DNA of 55,910 nt, taken from positions 1 to 55,910 of the IMG/VR virus record IMGVR_UViG_3300049489_000776; one strand, 5' to 3'. Position numbers and translations under genes: made by a program. The notes under the pieces are model-generated. The model was not told the DNA's origin. It saw only the letters and a list, made by a program, of their open reading frames with translations, and searched no databases. Within the stretch, counting starts at the first letter, position 1; the number at the start of each line of letters is the position of its first letter. This stretch comes from a virus (lineage: Duplodnaviria > Caudoviricetes). This document shows, piece by piece, positions 17,330 through 27,926 of the stretch.

Positions 17330-19554
17330 TTCATTTTCTCCAGTGCTTCGCATAAGTCGCAAGTCGATAAGTTTTCTAGTTCGTGACAGCAGTAACAATC
17401 GTGCTTCATCGCCTTGCGAGCAATCTCCAGTTTCTCTTTAAGCTGTGAATTTTCAGTTATAAACTTAACTAATGTAGCCTCACAGTTTTCGTAAGCAAAC
17501 TTAAATTTATCTCTATCTAACCTCAACGCCTCATTCTCAGCTTTGAGTTTTTCATATAGCATATCCCATTCGTCGTTATGTCTAACCATCGGGACTCGCT
17601 CCTCACGCGCCACAGGCTCATCATTCACATTATCCGTAGGAATAACAGGTGCAGTCTTCACGTTATTCGTAGGAATAATTGGCTCATTATGGACAACCTC
17701 ATGACATTTACACGACTCACCATCATCGCAGCCGATTGCCCCACATTGCTCACATTGGTAGACACCGTTACTCATTCTATCTTCTCCTCACCTGTGCGGT
17801 TAGTTTGCTGGCTCATAAATTAACTCTTCTATTTCTACAACCTGAATGTCTGGCGGCAGTGATGAGTCAGACGGCTCATCTAAACTAATTGGGGAAAGAA
17901 ATGGCATTTTTCTTTTAACTATTATTGGTATTTTCTTTTCTAATCTCTTCGGATATATGCAAACTAAATCATCTTGCGAACGATATGGACAAGCATATAA
18001 TTCCTTAGTGAATGTAAAACCAACGATGTAGCTTTGAAACTCACTATCAATTGGTAAGTAACATTTATTTTCTGAGTATTTTTTTAGGTCAACGTAAACA
18101 TCGGCATCTTTGAAAACTAAAAAATGCTGCCACTTGTGGTCGCTAATTATTGCATTGAAAACTTCACGTTCAATCTCTAAACCTTTAATTTTCACTCAAC
18201 CACCAACTTCTTTCTAATCTGCTCAATAGCGTGTCTGGCTCGCTTGCCTTTATCTATTTCTATAAGCGCAGTAACGTCTGAGTTTGCTGCAACATATTCA
18301 CCTGTGTCTGTTCGATACGCTATTAAGTAGTTTTTTTCTTTAGCGTAAAACTCAAGTTCCTCCACAGCCAAAAGCAATTCTGGTAACAAGAACTCGGCAC
18401 CTTTTTTAAACGCCTCACTATGAAAGCGCTCACTCGCCGCCTTCTCAATCCTCTGCTCAATCGCTTGTTTAAGGGAGGTCATGGCTACTGACCGACAAGT
18501 GAAGCTGGCTGATAACGCATTTCAAGTCTCAAAGAGCCGATGTTAAGGCTTTGCAAACCATATTTTTGCATAAGCTGTAAAGTCGCCTCTAGTTGTTCTG
18601 GCTTAATAGTGCTTTCGTATAGTCTGTGTTCAATTTCTGCTAATCGTTTTTCAAAATACAGCCTTGTTTGTTCGTCCATTTTACACCTCATATTGTTATT
18701 GTTTTCTGTATTCGCACACGCTATCTCGTCGCTCATATAGTCTCCTTTGTTTCTAAAAGTCTTATGGCTCCGCACTCTCTTTTATAGGAACAGGCACTTT
18801 TTCAATAACATCTGCAAACTCTCGCAATTCTTTGGCAGCTTTTTTTAATTTAGATAATAGGCTTTTATGGGTATAGAGGTGTTGATACATACCATGAATG
18901 TTTATTTCGTCGCCCTCTCTTGGTTCCTTGTTATCTGAATCATGGGTAGAATAATAGCCAAGCAGATTAGCCATTTCATTCTTTGTCATTTGAACTACAT
19001 AATGATTTTGACCTTTTGCCATAATTTTCATCTTATTTCTCCTTTGTTTCTAAAAGTTTTCTTGCCTCGTCTAAATTCTCACAAGCGCGGCAAACATAAA
19101 TACCTGTATGATAATGTGCCACACATTCTTTTTGTAACGCACCCTCAAGCACATCAATAACAGCCACACAATTTGATAAGGCTTGGCGGAGTTCTTCTAT
19201 AAATAATAAATGGTCTGGGCAATGGTCAACATCAAGCAAGAGCAACTTTTTATACTTATCGGTCACGTAAACCTACCTTGGTAACCCAGAAACATATCTG
19301 GGGCTTGTAAGTAAATCATAATCTATATGATGCCAAAAGTCAAGGCTAGAATCGTGTATTTTTACTGTTTGCGCTTTTAAGTCTATTTTCCAAGGTCGTC
19401 CAGTATATCCTAGATTCCAATAGTGAAGCGTTACATCCCAAATGCCTTTAGAGCTCGGCTCCACACTAAGCACCTCAATGCACACGTCTTTCTGGTACTC
19501 GTGCATATAGAATTCACCAATTTGCAATTTGTAATTTGTAATATTTTGGTTCAT
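17326..19554 (-). CDS. Run of small hypothetical genes (17326-17775, 17800-18195, 18192-18482, 18485-~18736, 18762-19031, 19033-19266, 19273-19554)
   Basis: Tightly packed, coupled ORFs with AAGGAG SD sites. Confidence 0.6.
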
Positions 19555-20243
19555 TTTTGGTTTCCTTCTTTAATTAACTTTAAAGCCTGCCTAATTACTA
19601 GCCCGCTAAAAATAGCAGCGCTTTGACTTGACCCAGTTAGGGTAACTCCGCCGCCGTCTTTATCTGTCCCATCTATTACTATGTCTACAAAGCGTCCATA
19701 ATTAGATTTTGAACTCTTAAGATTGCCTATCATGTATATTCTGGGGTCAGCGCATGCTGGGTATATAATGCACCCTTCTTTATTAAGGTCTAGGGACTTA
19801 TTACCGGCAGCGGCCACAATTACGATTTTCTTATCCAATATGGCTTTTATTAAACGGCGCTCTTCTGAAGTTCCGGTGTCTATCCCTGCAGAGCTAATGT
19901 TTATAAGTGCCGGTCTATTCTTTTCTAAGTAGCTTAATGCCCCAAGATACGCTTCATAATCAAATTCAGGTTTTCCGTTTTTGCTACTAAAAACCTTAAG
20001 TACTTTAATGCAGTAATCTCCAGACCCTGCATTTTGCATTATTAAACTTACTACATTAGAGCCATGTAGCAGTGGGGCAATGTCTGAAGTACTTCCAGAT
20101 TTAGTAAAGTCTAGCAGTCCAAACTTGCACAGCGGAGCGTTTACTTTAGCTTGATTAAGACCTGTGTCAATAACTGCAACTTCAATCGTGGCTTTTGCGG
20201 AAAAGCTAAAAACGGTTAAAAGTAAACTTATAAAGTATTTCAT
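19551..20243 (-). CDS. Secreted subtilisin-like serine peptidase (S8)
   Basis: Signal peptide; VAVIDTG, HGSNV, AAAGN, GSSQSA catalytic motifs. Confidence 0.88.
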   Translation of the reverse strand: MKYFISLLLTVFSFSAKATIEVAVIDTGLNQAKVNAPLCKFGLLDFTKSGSTSDIAPLLHGSNVVSLIMQNAGSGDYCIKVLKVFSSKNGKPEFDYEAYLGALSYLEKNRPALINISSAGIDTGTSEERRLIKAILDKKIVIVAAAGNKSLDLNKEGCIIYPACADPRIYMIGNLKSSKSNYGRFVDIVIDGTDKDGGGVTLTGSSQSAAIFSGLVIRQALKLIKEGNQK

Positions 20244-20723
20244 TTAGACATCCTAACACGATTTAACTTTTCTTGCAAGTCTTGCATTGCTTTATTTTCA
20301 AACAGAGAGTGCATGGCTCTAATCGCGTCTCCTTTAGATTCACAAATAGTTTCCCACCACACGGCTCCAGTGTTCGTGTCAGTAACTTTTAGGCCAAAGA
20401 GGCCGTCAGCCCCTTCTTCAATATCTATTACTATGTTACTATAACAGTGGCTCATCCTACGCTCCTTTAAATAATTTTTGAGTCCCGTTATCTGAAACAG
20501 TGGCATAGACCTTGCCCCACAACTTAGGATTACCCATGCGGACAGCGTATTCTAAAGCCGCGTCTTGGTTCATAAGTAAGCACGCTGCTAATTTTTGGAG
20601 AGCTTCTAAGGAATCCATAGACTCTTCTTTAATACAGTTCTCAAGATTTTTTAAAACTTTAAGGCGAGTTTCGGTTAAAGTTTCTTTCAACTGGTCTAAT
20701 TGTGATGGCTTAGTATGTTTCAT
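20240..20723 (-). CDS. Two small hypothetical genes (20240-~20455, 20457-~20723)
   Basis: ORF track; SD AAGGAG before MSHCY. Confidence 0.5.
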
Positions 20724-21129
20724 GTTTATTCCCATGTTTGCATTTTTTAGTGTGTTTGTGTTTTTTCTTTTTCTTCCCGTTGCTAGTATTAGTCTCCTGG
20801 TTTATATTGACATTATTGTTCGTAGTCATATCTTGGTCAATTTGCACGTTCGTGTTTGTGTTATTATTTGAGATATTATTAGTACTTGTAGCGGTACATG
20901 TTACAGGAGCACTTACAACCACAGTTACAGGTTGGCTTGAAACTTGAGCTGGAAAAGTAAAATTAGTCCCGTCTGGGCACGTTACTTGAGCAGTTCCATC
21001 TACGCTTTCCGTGACTGTACAATTTTGAACCACGACTTCCGGTTCTGGTTTTTTAGCAAAGTCAATATCAGCACAGCCCACAGTTCCTAGTATTGCTAAT
21101 AACGTTATCAATTTTATTAAACATTTCAT
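20710..21129 (-). CDS. Lipoprotein with Asn/Thr-rich and basic tail
   Basis: Lipobox-like GTVGC; VTCPDGT motif. Confidence 0.65.
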   Translation of the reverse strand: MKCLIKLITLLAILGTVGCADIDFAKKPEPEVVVQNCTVTESVDGTAQVTCPDGTNFTFPAQVSSQPVTVVVSAPVTCTATSTNNISNNNTNTNVQIDQDMTTNNNVNINQETNTSNGKKKKKHKHTKKCKHGNKHETY

Positions 21130-21335
21130 TTTAAATCTCCTTCTTTGGTTTCTAGTTTGGCGGTTTCTAGTTCTATAGCTCTGATTTGGGCGACCACGGA
21201 CGCTTTTAGGATGTAAGGACCCTTTTCAGCATCTGGGTACTTTACATAAAAGCCCGATTCTAGGCCTTTTGCGCGTCTTAAATCTTGCATGTTTAACTCT
21301 CGGTTTACTATTCTTGCAGGCATGTAGCGACTCAT
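21126..21335 (-). CDS. Hypothetical protein
   Basis: SD AAGGAG, ATGA overlap. Confidence 0.55.
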   Translation of the reverse strand: MSRYMPARIVNRELNMQDLRRAKGLESGFYVKYPDAEKGPYILKASVVAQIRAIELETAKLETKEGDLK

Positions 21336-22291
21336 TTTTTGGCTCCTTTGTTTGTTTTAGCTTCATATTGTTTTAAAGATTTTATAAAGCGGCCATAGGC
21401 ATTTATTTGAGCAGGGGTGTACTTTTCTTTTGTGCCTATTTTTCGAAAATTTTGTAGCCAGTATTTAAGAGTGCCTGTGTGACAACCTATTCTGAGGTGA
21501 CCTGCAAAGTAGCAGGCTAGATGCTTTTCAAATTGAAATTCTAGTTTTAGGCTACTTTTAATTTCTACTTTTTGCTCACTTTCCATTATATAGGCTCCGC
21601 TTAAATCGGCTCCGCTTAAATCGGCTCTGCTTAAATAGGCTCCGCTTAAATCGGCTTCGCTTAAATTGGCTCTGCTTAAATCGGCTTCGCTTAAATCGGC
21701 TCCGCTTAAATCGGCTCCGCTTAAATCGGCTCCGCTTAAATTGGCTCTGCTTAAATCGGCTCCGCTTAAATCGGCTCCGCTTAAATTGGCTTCGCCTAAA
21801 TTGGCTCTGCTTAAATAGGCTCCGCTTAAATCGGCTCCGCTTAAATTGGCTCTGCTTAAATAGGCTCTGCTTAAATCGGCTTCGCTTAAATCGGCTCCGC
21901 TTAAATCGGCTCCGCTTAAATCGGCTTCGCTTAAATCGGCTCCGCTTAAATCGGCTCCGCTTAAATTGGCTTCGCCTAAATTGGCTCTGCTTAAATTGGC
22001 TTCGCCTAAATTGGCTCTGCTTAAATAGGCTCCGCTTAAATCGGCTCCGCTTAAATTGGCTTCGCCTAAATTGGCTTCGCCTAAATTGGCTCTGCTTAAA
22101 TTGGCTCTGCTTAAATAGGCTCCGCTTAAATCGGCTTCGCTTAAATCGGCTCCGCTTAAATCGGCTCCGCTTAAATTGGCTTCGCCTAAATTGGCTCTGC
22201 TTAAATAGGCTCTGCTTAAATAGGCACGCACTCCAGTTTGTTCATTGTTTAACCAGAGTTGGTGTCGTTTTAAAACTTCTTGTAAGTTCAC
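21332..22291 (-). CDS. Pentapeptide repeat protein
   Basis: About 42 A(D/N/Y)L(S/G)(G/E/R) repeats; H.LWL N-cap; LRIGC...W C-terminal domain. Confidence 0.95.
   Translation of the reverse strand: MNLQEVLKRHQLWLNNEQTGVRAYLSRAYLSRANLGEANLSGADLSGADLSEADLSGAYLSRANLSRANLGEANLGEANLSGADLSGAYLSRANLGEANLSRANLGEANLSGADLSGADLSEADLSGADLSGADLSEADLSRAYLSRANLSGADLSGAYLSRANLGEANLSGADLSGADLSRANLSGADLSGADLSGADLSEADLSRANLSEADLSGAYLSRADLSGADLSGAYIMESEQKVEIKSSLKLEFQFEKHLACYFAGHLRIGCHTGTLKYWLQNFRKIGTKEKYTPAQINAYGRFIKSLKQYEAKTNKGAKK
21591..22225. repeat. 15-bp coding tandem repeat (~42 units)
   Basis: Units such as GCTTAAATCGGCTCC with a few single-base variants, no spacers. Confidence 0.95.
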
Positions 22292-22334
22292 TTTTGGTCT
22301 CCTTTATCATCTAACTTTCTTAAATCATATTAGC

Positions 22335-22361
22335 TTATCGGTTTCAAGTCAAGATACTTTA
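22335..22361 (-). promoter_or_regulatory. sigma28/FliA-type promoter
   Basis: TAAA-N15-ACCGATAA upstream of pentapeptide gene. Confidence 0.75.
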
Positions 22362-22417
22362 GCACTATTTAAAAAAAAATTAACGTTTCATTCATTTAGA
22401 ATCTTAAGTGCTTGATT

Positions 22418-23045
22418 TTATTCAGCTTTCTTGGGAACGGAGTTTCCCACTTTAGTGATATAACTAAACTCAGGATAGAGCTCAGCATCCAGGTCAATCA
22501 AGACTTGGGCATCTTGTAACGCGCCTGTAGCCAGCTTTTTAAACTCGCCTTCAGCAATTGCTCTTCGGTTCTTAATAGATGCTATGAATTGAGTTGCGGT
22601 TTGTATTCTTTGGGCTCTTTTATCTTGGCTCACTTTTGTTCTCCTTCATTAGTTTTTTCATTTTTTTCTAAAATTTGAATTTGGTCTAGTGCGTCTTGGG
22701 CAAATAGTCCTTCAGTACTTAAGCAGCCTCCGGGTCTAGTACTATTATTAGCCGTTCTTAGGATATTTAATAGGGCTAACTTTGCCACATAAAACTTGTC
22801 GTTAAAATTTGCGTTGTTACTTTTCATTTTTGGTCTCCTGTTTTTAGGACTAATTTGTATTCCGACTCTTCTTCAGACACTCTAAGATAGTTGGCCAACA
22901 TTAATTGATGAGCTTCTTCTATGGCCTCTTGTCTTAAATCATCTTCATCGTATAAGTGGTCTTTGTATCTTTCTAGTAGCATAAGGTACATCTTTACTGC
23001 TATTTCTAACCTCTTGTCTTGCTCTTTTTCAGTTTTCATGAACAT
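22418..23045 (-). CDS. Three small hypothetical genes (22418-22633, 22630-22827, 22824-23045)
   Basis: Coupled starts with strong SD (GGAGG/AGGAG). Confidence 0.6.
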
Positions 23046-24549
23046 TTTTACCTCCGTTAATTAGTTTATAATTTATGTCTGTTTTTTTATTATCAATTCC
23101 TAAATAATAAGTACTACCATCAATAATTTCTTGCTTAATTCCTTTGGTAGCTAGTAAGCGGCTAAAGTCCTCTTCTAAGAAAGAGGCATTTTGCCTTATC
23201 CCATATTTTCCCAGATACCCAGCTAGAGCCTCATGTACATCTATTTTTAGTAGCTTAGCTTTTGGGCTAAAGTCTAGGAACAAGTCTACAAAGCGCATCA
23301 TGATTTCAGATTCTTTAGCAGCGCAGACAGCTTTTATTTTATGCACCATGCTTTTGGGAACTCTTAGGTTTACGTTATTAGGGCAGTGGGCTATATAGGC
23401 CTCTTTACATTGTAATAAGAAAGCAGGCACTTCCTTCTCTAAGTTGTATTCAAAATCAGGGTCTCCAAATTCATCTTGAAAAGTTGCAACTTCACATAGA
23501 AGCAGTCTTGAGCGTTCTGAGTTGTCGTTGTAGTTAATTTTTGGAAAGAAATTTGATGCTACAAGTAATTTACTATAAACTTGGGCAGAAAATTCAGTTT
23601 GATTTTTTTTATTTATAAGCACAGTATCTCTCCCAAGAAGCGATTTAATCTTTTCAGATTTGAGGATGTAAGTATTCTTGCAATCCATATAAACGGCCAT
23701 TCGCTTTCCAAAGGCCTGGCCAAAGAAAAAAGTTTCATCATAAGTTCCCTTAGATATGCTTAAAACATAATCGCGACCTAAAAATGCGCTTAAGGCATTT
23801 ATGGCCGAAGATTTGCCGTCTGAGCCTTCTCCCTTCAGCCACAAAGCTTGTCTTCCGGTATTGCGAGGTTCAAAAATAGACCAGACGTAGGCTTTAAATA
23901 TTTCGGGGTAGTCCATACGAGATAGGAATGAGTCCCAGTTTGGAGTGTCTCCATGTTTTAGGATGGCTGGGTCTAGTACTCTAAAGGCTGGCTCAAGAGG
24001 GCTCCAAGAAATAGCAGCCGGAGGGGTATGTAGCAAGTTACTGGAGTCCATTATGAAGCAGTTGTATAAACTGTCAACAAAAGTCTTGTGGGTAAACTTG
24101 GTCTGATAAGTCGTTGCGTGTTGACCTTCTTCGAATTCCAATTTTACCGCTTTGTCAGCCTTAGGACTGGCAACGATTAGTGACCTAAACTTGTCCATTT
24201 CGCAATCTCCACATAGAGTAACTTGATTTAGCTCATTGGCTGCGTATAGCTTATCGGAACCCGCCTTAGCTTCCCTGAGAAGACCTAAAAACGGTTTTAG
24301 GACTTCGTAGGACTGCGTTACAAAAACCTGAGCATTGGCCTTTGGCTTCTTAAGTTGGGCCTTAGTAATACCCGTCTCTTTCATAGTCCCCATAATTTCG
24401 GTTGCTTTACTTTCAGGATTGCCTAATTTAATGAGCTTTTCAAGTATCGTAGCCGGAGCTACTGGAGATTGTCTAAAAGAGTTGTAGTAGCAGGCCTCAT
24501 CGGTCAGCCATTTGTACTGCTTTAAAAAATCGCTTAAACTTTGGGACAT
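23029..24549 (-). CDS. SF3 (D5-like) replicative helicase
   Basis: Walker A GEGSDGKS, Walker B AVYMD, motif C LVASN; start MSQSL after AAGGAGG. Confidence 0.85.
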   Translation of the reverse strand: MSQSLSDFLKQYKWLTDEACYYNSFRQSPVAPATILEKLIKLGNPESKATEIMGTMKETGITKAQLKKPKANAQVFVTQSYEVLKPFLGLLREAKAGSDKLYAANELNQVTLCGDCEMDKFRSLIVASPKADKAVKLEFEEGQHATTYQTKFTHKTFVDSLYNCFIMDSSNLLHTPPAAISWSPLEPAFRVLDPAILKHGDTPNWDSFLSRMDYPEIFKAYVWSIFEPRNTGRQALWLKGEGSDGKSSAINALSAFLGRDYVLSISKGTYDETFFFGQAFGKRMAVYMDCKNTYILKSEKIKSLLGRDTVLINKKNQTEFSAQVYSKLLVASNFFPKINYNDNSERSRLLLCEVATFQDEFGDPDFEYNLEKEVPAFLLQCKEAYIAHCPNNVNLRVPKSMVHKIKAVCAAKESEIMMRFVDLFLDFSPKAKLLKIDVHEALAGYLGKYGIRQNASFLEEDFSRLLATKGIKQEIIDGSTYYLGIDNKKTDINYKLINGGKNVHEN

Positions 24550-24592
24550 TTTTGGCCTCCTTTTGGTGGTTTTATAATAGCACGGTCCTTCA

Positions 24593-24620
24593 GCATCGGT
24601 CAAGTTTAAAATGACTTTTA
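24593..24620 (-). promoter_or_regulatory. sigma28-like promoter of helicase operon
   Basis: TAAA-N16-ACCGATGC. Confidence 0.55.
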
Positions 24621-24884
24621 AGGTCGAGTCAATAAAATCAACTATTTAAGCAACATAAAATCAAAGTCATATTCACTAGCAGCATATCTCACTCACAGTT
24701 ACTATATATATAAAAATACTTTCCCCTTAAAATAACACTACTACTGTAATAGTATTAAGGGGTTAACCTGTAATCAACTACTTAGGTCGTTTACTGCGTG
24801 AGAGATTACTCCCTAGTGAACTTAACTTTGTTTTTAAGTGACTTAAGTACTTGAAATCATTAGACCGAGGTTGAAAGTCATTTT
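24608..24884. other. Putative replication origin: AT-rich imperfect palindrome with IHF-like sites
   Basis: Four inverted pairs share a dyad at 24746; WATCAAN4TTR matches at 24636 and 24772. Confidence 0.65.
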
Positions 24885-24905
24885 TAGTCATTTTTCTCAT
24901 CTCCT

Positions 24906-25876
24906 TTATATTCGATTTGGCAAAATCAGTGTTTCTATATCTGCCTCAACTAAAAACTCATTAGTCAGGGTGGCTGCTACTTTTGCGTCAACGGGGACAA
25001 TCATGTACACCGACTTGCCCTTAAAACGCTCTACAAAGACTTCAGCTGCTTTCTTAGTAGCTACCCTAGGCTCCTGCCATAGGTCTTCGCAAAAAAGCAT
25101 GTACAGGTCATCCTGGACTGCCTGGAGCGTTCTGTGGTACAACTCTGCTCTTGGACTTATAAAAGTCAAATTATCAACACTGACCCTTGGTTTTATGCCT
25201 GGTGATTTTCTAAAAGGACCTCCCATAAAACTAATCCTGCCTTTCTGGTTCGCTGTTTGGTATCCACAAATGTATGTACTCTTCCTGACCGTCTTCAGCC
25301 GTGCTTAGGTCTGGCTCTTGAGTCGGCTCCACTACTGGACACTCTTGGGATGGCTTATTAAGAACGTACGTCCAAGTCATGTCTACGTTCTCTACCCAGC
25401 GTCCAGGAGGTCTTGGCAGCGCTGGCTCAGGTTCAGGCCGCTGACTATAAGTATCTATAATCTCATCTAGAGTTTTAGGCTGCCGTTGCCCGTTTTTAGG
25501 TCCTGTCATGGCACATTCTCCTTAGTTATTAAATTTATAAATTCCAAGTAAGCCTCAGAGCTGAGCTGCTTCACAACTTTGAAGACTCGGGCTGCTTCGT
25601 CTACCCTTCCTTCCCGCTTACCTCTTTGGTATCCTAAAAAGTAACTATAAACTCCTATTAACACAACTGATATAAATAGTGCCACGGCTAATCTCCTTTA
25701 AATTTCATTAATAAGTATTTTTTATTAAGTTCAATTAAAACTGCCTCGACCCAGCAAGCTGCTATTCCTACTCTACTGCCTTTGGCTCTCTCTATCTGCA
25801 TAGCAAGACTCCACACGTTCTCTAGGTCCAACTGCTTTATGTAAAACTCAATACTTGCGTTTCTACCTTTTTGCAT
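24906..25876 (-). CDS. Small hypothetical genes (24906-25226, 25231-25509, 25688-25876)
   Basis: ORF track; SD before 25509. Confidence 0.55.
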
Positions 25877-25877
25877 T

Positions 25878-26345
25878 TTAAGCCGCCTTTTGGTTTTTTA
25901 AAAGTTCAAGAGCTGCTGATTTTTTAGAATAAGTGCTTAAAGCATGTGCAGCATAATTATAATCCATTTCAATTCCATACTGGCGAGATAGTCTTATTGC
26001 GTTTTTCCAAGCCCTAAGCTCCATGCCTGCCCCAAGCGCATCAGATTTAATCATGCGCTCAACGCTGTTTCCAAAGTCCATGTAATGACCCATTTCGTGT
26101 AGTAATATAGTATTATAGTGAAGCTCGGTTCTTGGCACATCTGTAAAAAACATGTAACGAACTTCATAAGTAAGTGGATTATAATTAATTCCACAAGCGT
26201 CAGGGTGAAAGCCATGAGAGTATAAAGGAACTGTTATAATCTTTATCCTCCTAAACCTCCAAAGCAGTCTAATAACTGGTGCTGAGATGTGCTTTACCTC
26301 TTTAATATTATGAATAAAATAGTCCACTCTGACCTCCTTTTTCAA
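25878..26345 (-). CDS. HExxH metallopeptidase-like protein (ImmA/IrrE-like)
   Basis: LLHEMGH ... ELRAW..A; start uncertain. Confidence 0.65.
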   Translation of the reverse strand: MKKEVRVDYFIHNIKEVKHISAPVIRLLWRFRRIKIITVPLYSHGFHPDACGINYNPLTYEVRYMFFTDVPRTELHYNTILLHEMGHYMDFGNSVERMIKSDALGAGMELRAWKNAIRLSRQYGIEMDYNYAAHALSTYSKKSAALELLKNQKAA

Positions 26346-26358
26346 TTCTTATATTGCT

Positions 26359-26386
26359 CTATCGGTAAACTTATTAAAACACTTTA
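26359..26386 (-). promoter_or_regulatory. sigma28/FliA-type promoter
   Basis: TAAAGT..N16..ACCGATAG. Confidence 0.7.
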
Positions 26387-26429
26387 GCAAATATTTGCAG
26401 ATTCTACAAGATTTATTTTTGCCAAAAAA

Positions 26430-26662
26430 GTCTCAAATTTAGGATTTTCTAAAACCAATTTAAGTTTTCAAATCCAAAAATGGTTTTCGTTTTTGGTTTT
26501 CCAGAACCGATTTAAGTTTCCAAAAAGTGGCACGCTTGGCACGTATCAGATTGAGAAATCCTAAAGTGAGACATGGCACGAATCTTGCTTGCACATGCAA
26601 TTTCCATGCCAACTCAAAATGAGACATGGCCTAAAAATTGCAATAATGCAAAATCGGTGCCA
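26430..26662. promoter_or_regulatory. Left array of sigma54 (-24/-12) boxes and TGAGAC palindromes
   Basis: TGGCACGAATCTTGCT 26574(+), TGGCATGGAAATTGCA 26596(-), TGGCCTAAAAATTGCA 26627(+), TGGCACCGATTTTGCA 26647(-). Confidence 0.8.
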
Positions 26663-26708
26663 AAATTGCCACTCGTGACCTCTAGGTCTCGCTGGTTAGC
26701 ATACTTAA

Positions 26709-26736
26709 GTATCGGTCAAAGGCTTTAAAAACTTTA
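26709..26736 (-). promoter_or_regulatory. sigma28/FliA-type promoter firing into left sigma54 array
   Basis: TAAAGTTT..N16..ACCGATAC. Confidence 0.65.
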
Positions 26737-26993
26737 AGCCTAAATTAAAAATAATTAAAATAATTTTAAGCTCAAGGCCTGCTAACCACTAACCTTGCTT
26801 AAGGCTTGCCGTGCTTGGCTTGCCCGTTTGACCTGCTACTGAGTCCTTGCCCAAGTTTAGGTCTAAGTCTTAGGCCCGGTTTAAGGTCTAAGTCTTAAGA
26901 CCGTGCTTAACCTTGCCTCAATAGGTTAACCTTAAGGGTTAAGCCTTGAGACCGTGCTAAGCATGGCCTGATAAGTTAATCTAAAATCTGCTC
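26737..26993. repeat. Non-coding short-repeat region (CTTAAG/TAAGxC/GACCGTGCT)
   Basis: AGGTCTAAGTCTTA x2, AGACCGTGCT x2, many TTAA-centred hexamers. Confidence 0.6.
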
Positions 26994-27464
26994 CTAAGGC
27001 TTAACTCCAATTTTGTCTAAGTATCTTAAGCACGCTGCAAGTCGAGGCCCCACAATAGGTTTTGAGCCCAAGTTATACCTGCAAGGCCAAGTCTTAGGTT
27101 CGCGTGACTCGTAGCGCCGTCTAAAATCGGCCAAGATTAAGGCTCCTGAATTAAGGTTGTATTTATAATCGTGCTTTAATCTTAGCGCGTCAAGTTTCCA
27201 AGTCTTAGCGGTCTGCCTATTAACTTGAGCCAAGCCAGTATCATGAGTTTTTGTGTTATAGGCTTGCAAGTCAAGGCGTGACTCATGAGTTACTATTGCT
27301 AAGTACAGACCCGGACTAAGACCATGCCTTAAGGCCGCTGCTTTAATTTCGTGTTTTATAACTTGAATTGAAACGACTTTAGGCCTGCTTAAGGCCGTGC
27401 TTTGAGTTGAAATAGGTATAAGAGGACCTGCTATAAGCAAGGCCCCTAAGGTTTTAAGTTTCAA
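26994..27464 (-). CDS. Lytic transglycosylase (SLT domain) with signal peptide
   Basis: AI..HES, D.GLAQVN, YN...GA.IL, YN motifs. Confidence 0.85.
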   Translation of the reverse strand: MKLKTLGALLIAGPLIPISTQSTALSRPKVVSIQVIKHEIKAAALRHGLSPGLYLAIVTHESRLDLQAYNTKTHDTGLAQVNRQTAKTWKLDALRLKHDYKYNLNSGALILADFRRRYESREPKTWPCRYNLGSKPIVGPRLAACLRYLDKIGVKP

Positions 27465-27896
27465 TTAATGCCCCATAACTTGAGCCATTGCAGTCTTGGC
27501 GAATAAGTGTCCATTAAGTCGTGTATTATTAAGCGTTGTGTTTAAGTCAACCTGCTTATATAAGCAAAAATCTTTAAGGTCTGCACCTAGGTTTAAAGCC
27601 TTAGCATGACTAATATCAAAGGTCAACTTCAAAACTATAAGCCCGTTTTTGGCTCTAGGCCAACGCTGCTTATAACCTACAGGAGCATAACTTGGCGTCC
27701 CGCGAATATTGGTCTTATCAAAAACTACATTTTTTATTTGAGCCATGCAATGTTGTAGCGGACATGATTTTTTTTTAATTAAATTAAATTGTTTAGCGTC
27801 TGTTGAAACATATACCTCAAAAATAAAAGAGTCTAAATCTGCCCCAAAGCATGGGTTTTTTTTAATGAATCCGGTCATGTTTTTTATATAGTTCAT
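27465..27896 (-). CDS. Hypothetical early protein
   Basis: SD AAGGAG. Confidence 0.6.
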   Translation of the reverse strand: MNYIKNMTGFIKKNPCFGADLDSFIFEVYVSTDAKQFNLIKKKSCPLQHCMAQIKNVVFDKTNIRGTPSYAPVGYKQRWPRAKNGLIVLKLTFDISHAKALNLGADLKDFCLYKQVDLNTTLNNTRLNGHLFAKTAMAQVMGH

Positions 27897-27926
27897 TTTT
27901 AAGTCTCCTTATTAATTGTTTAAAAT

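Noticed and set aside
21591-22225. Possible CRISPR array or DGR repeat
   Set aside because: No spacers; in-frame 15-bp coding repeat; no cas or reverse transcriptase gene seen
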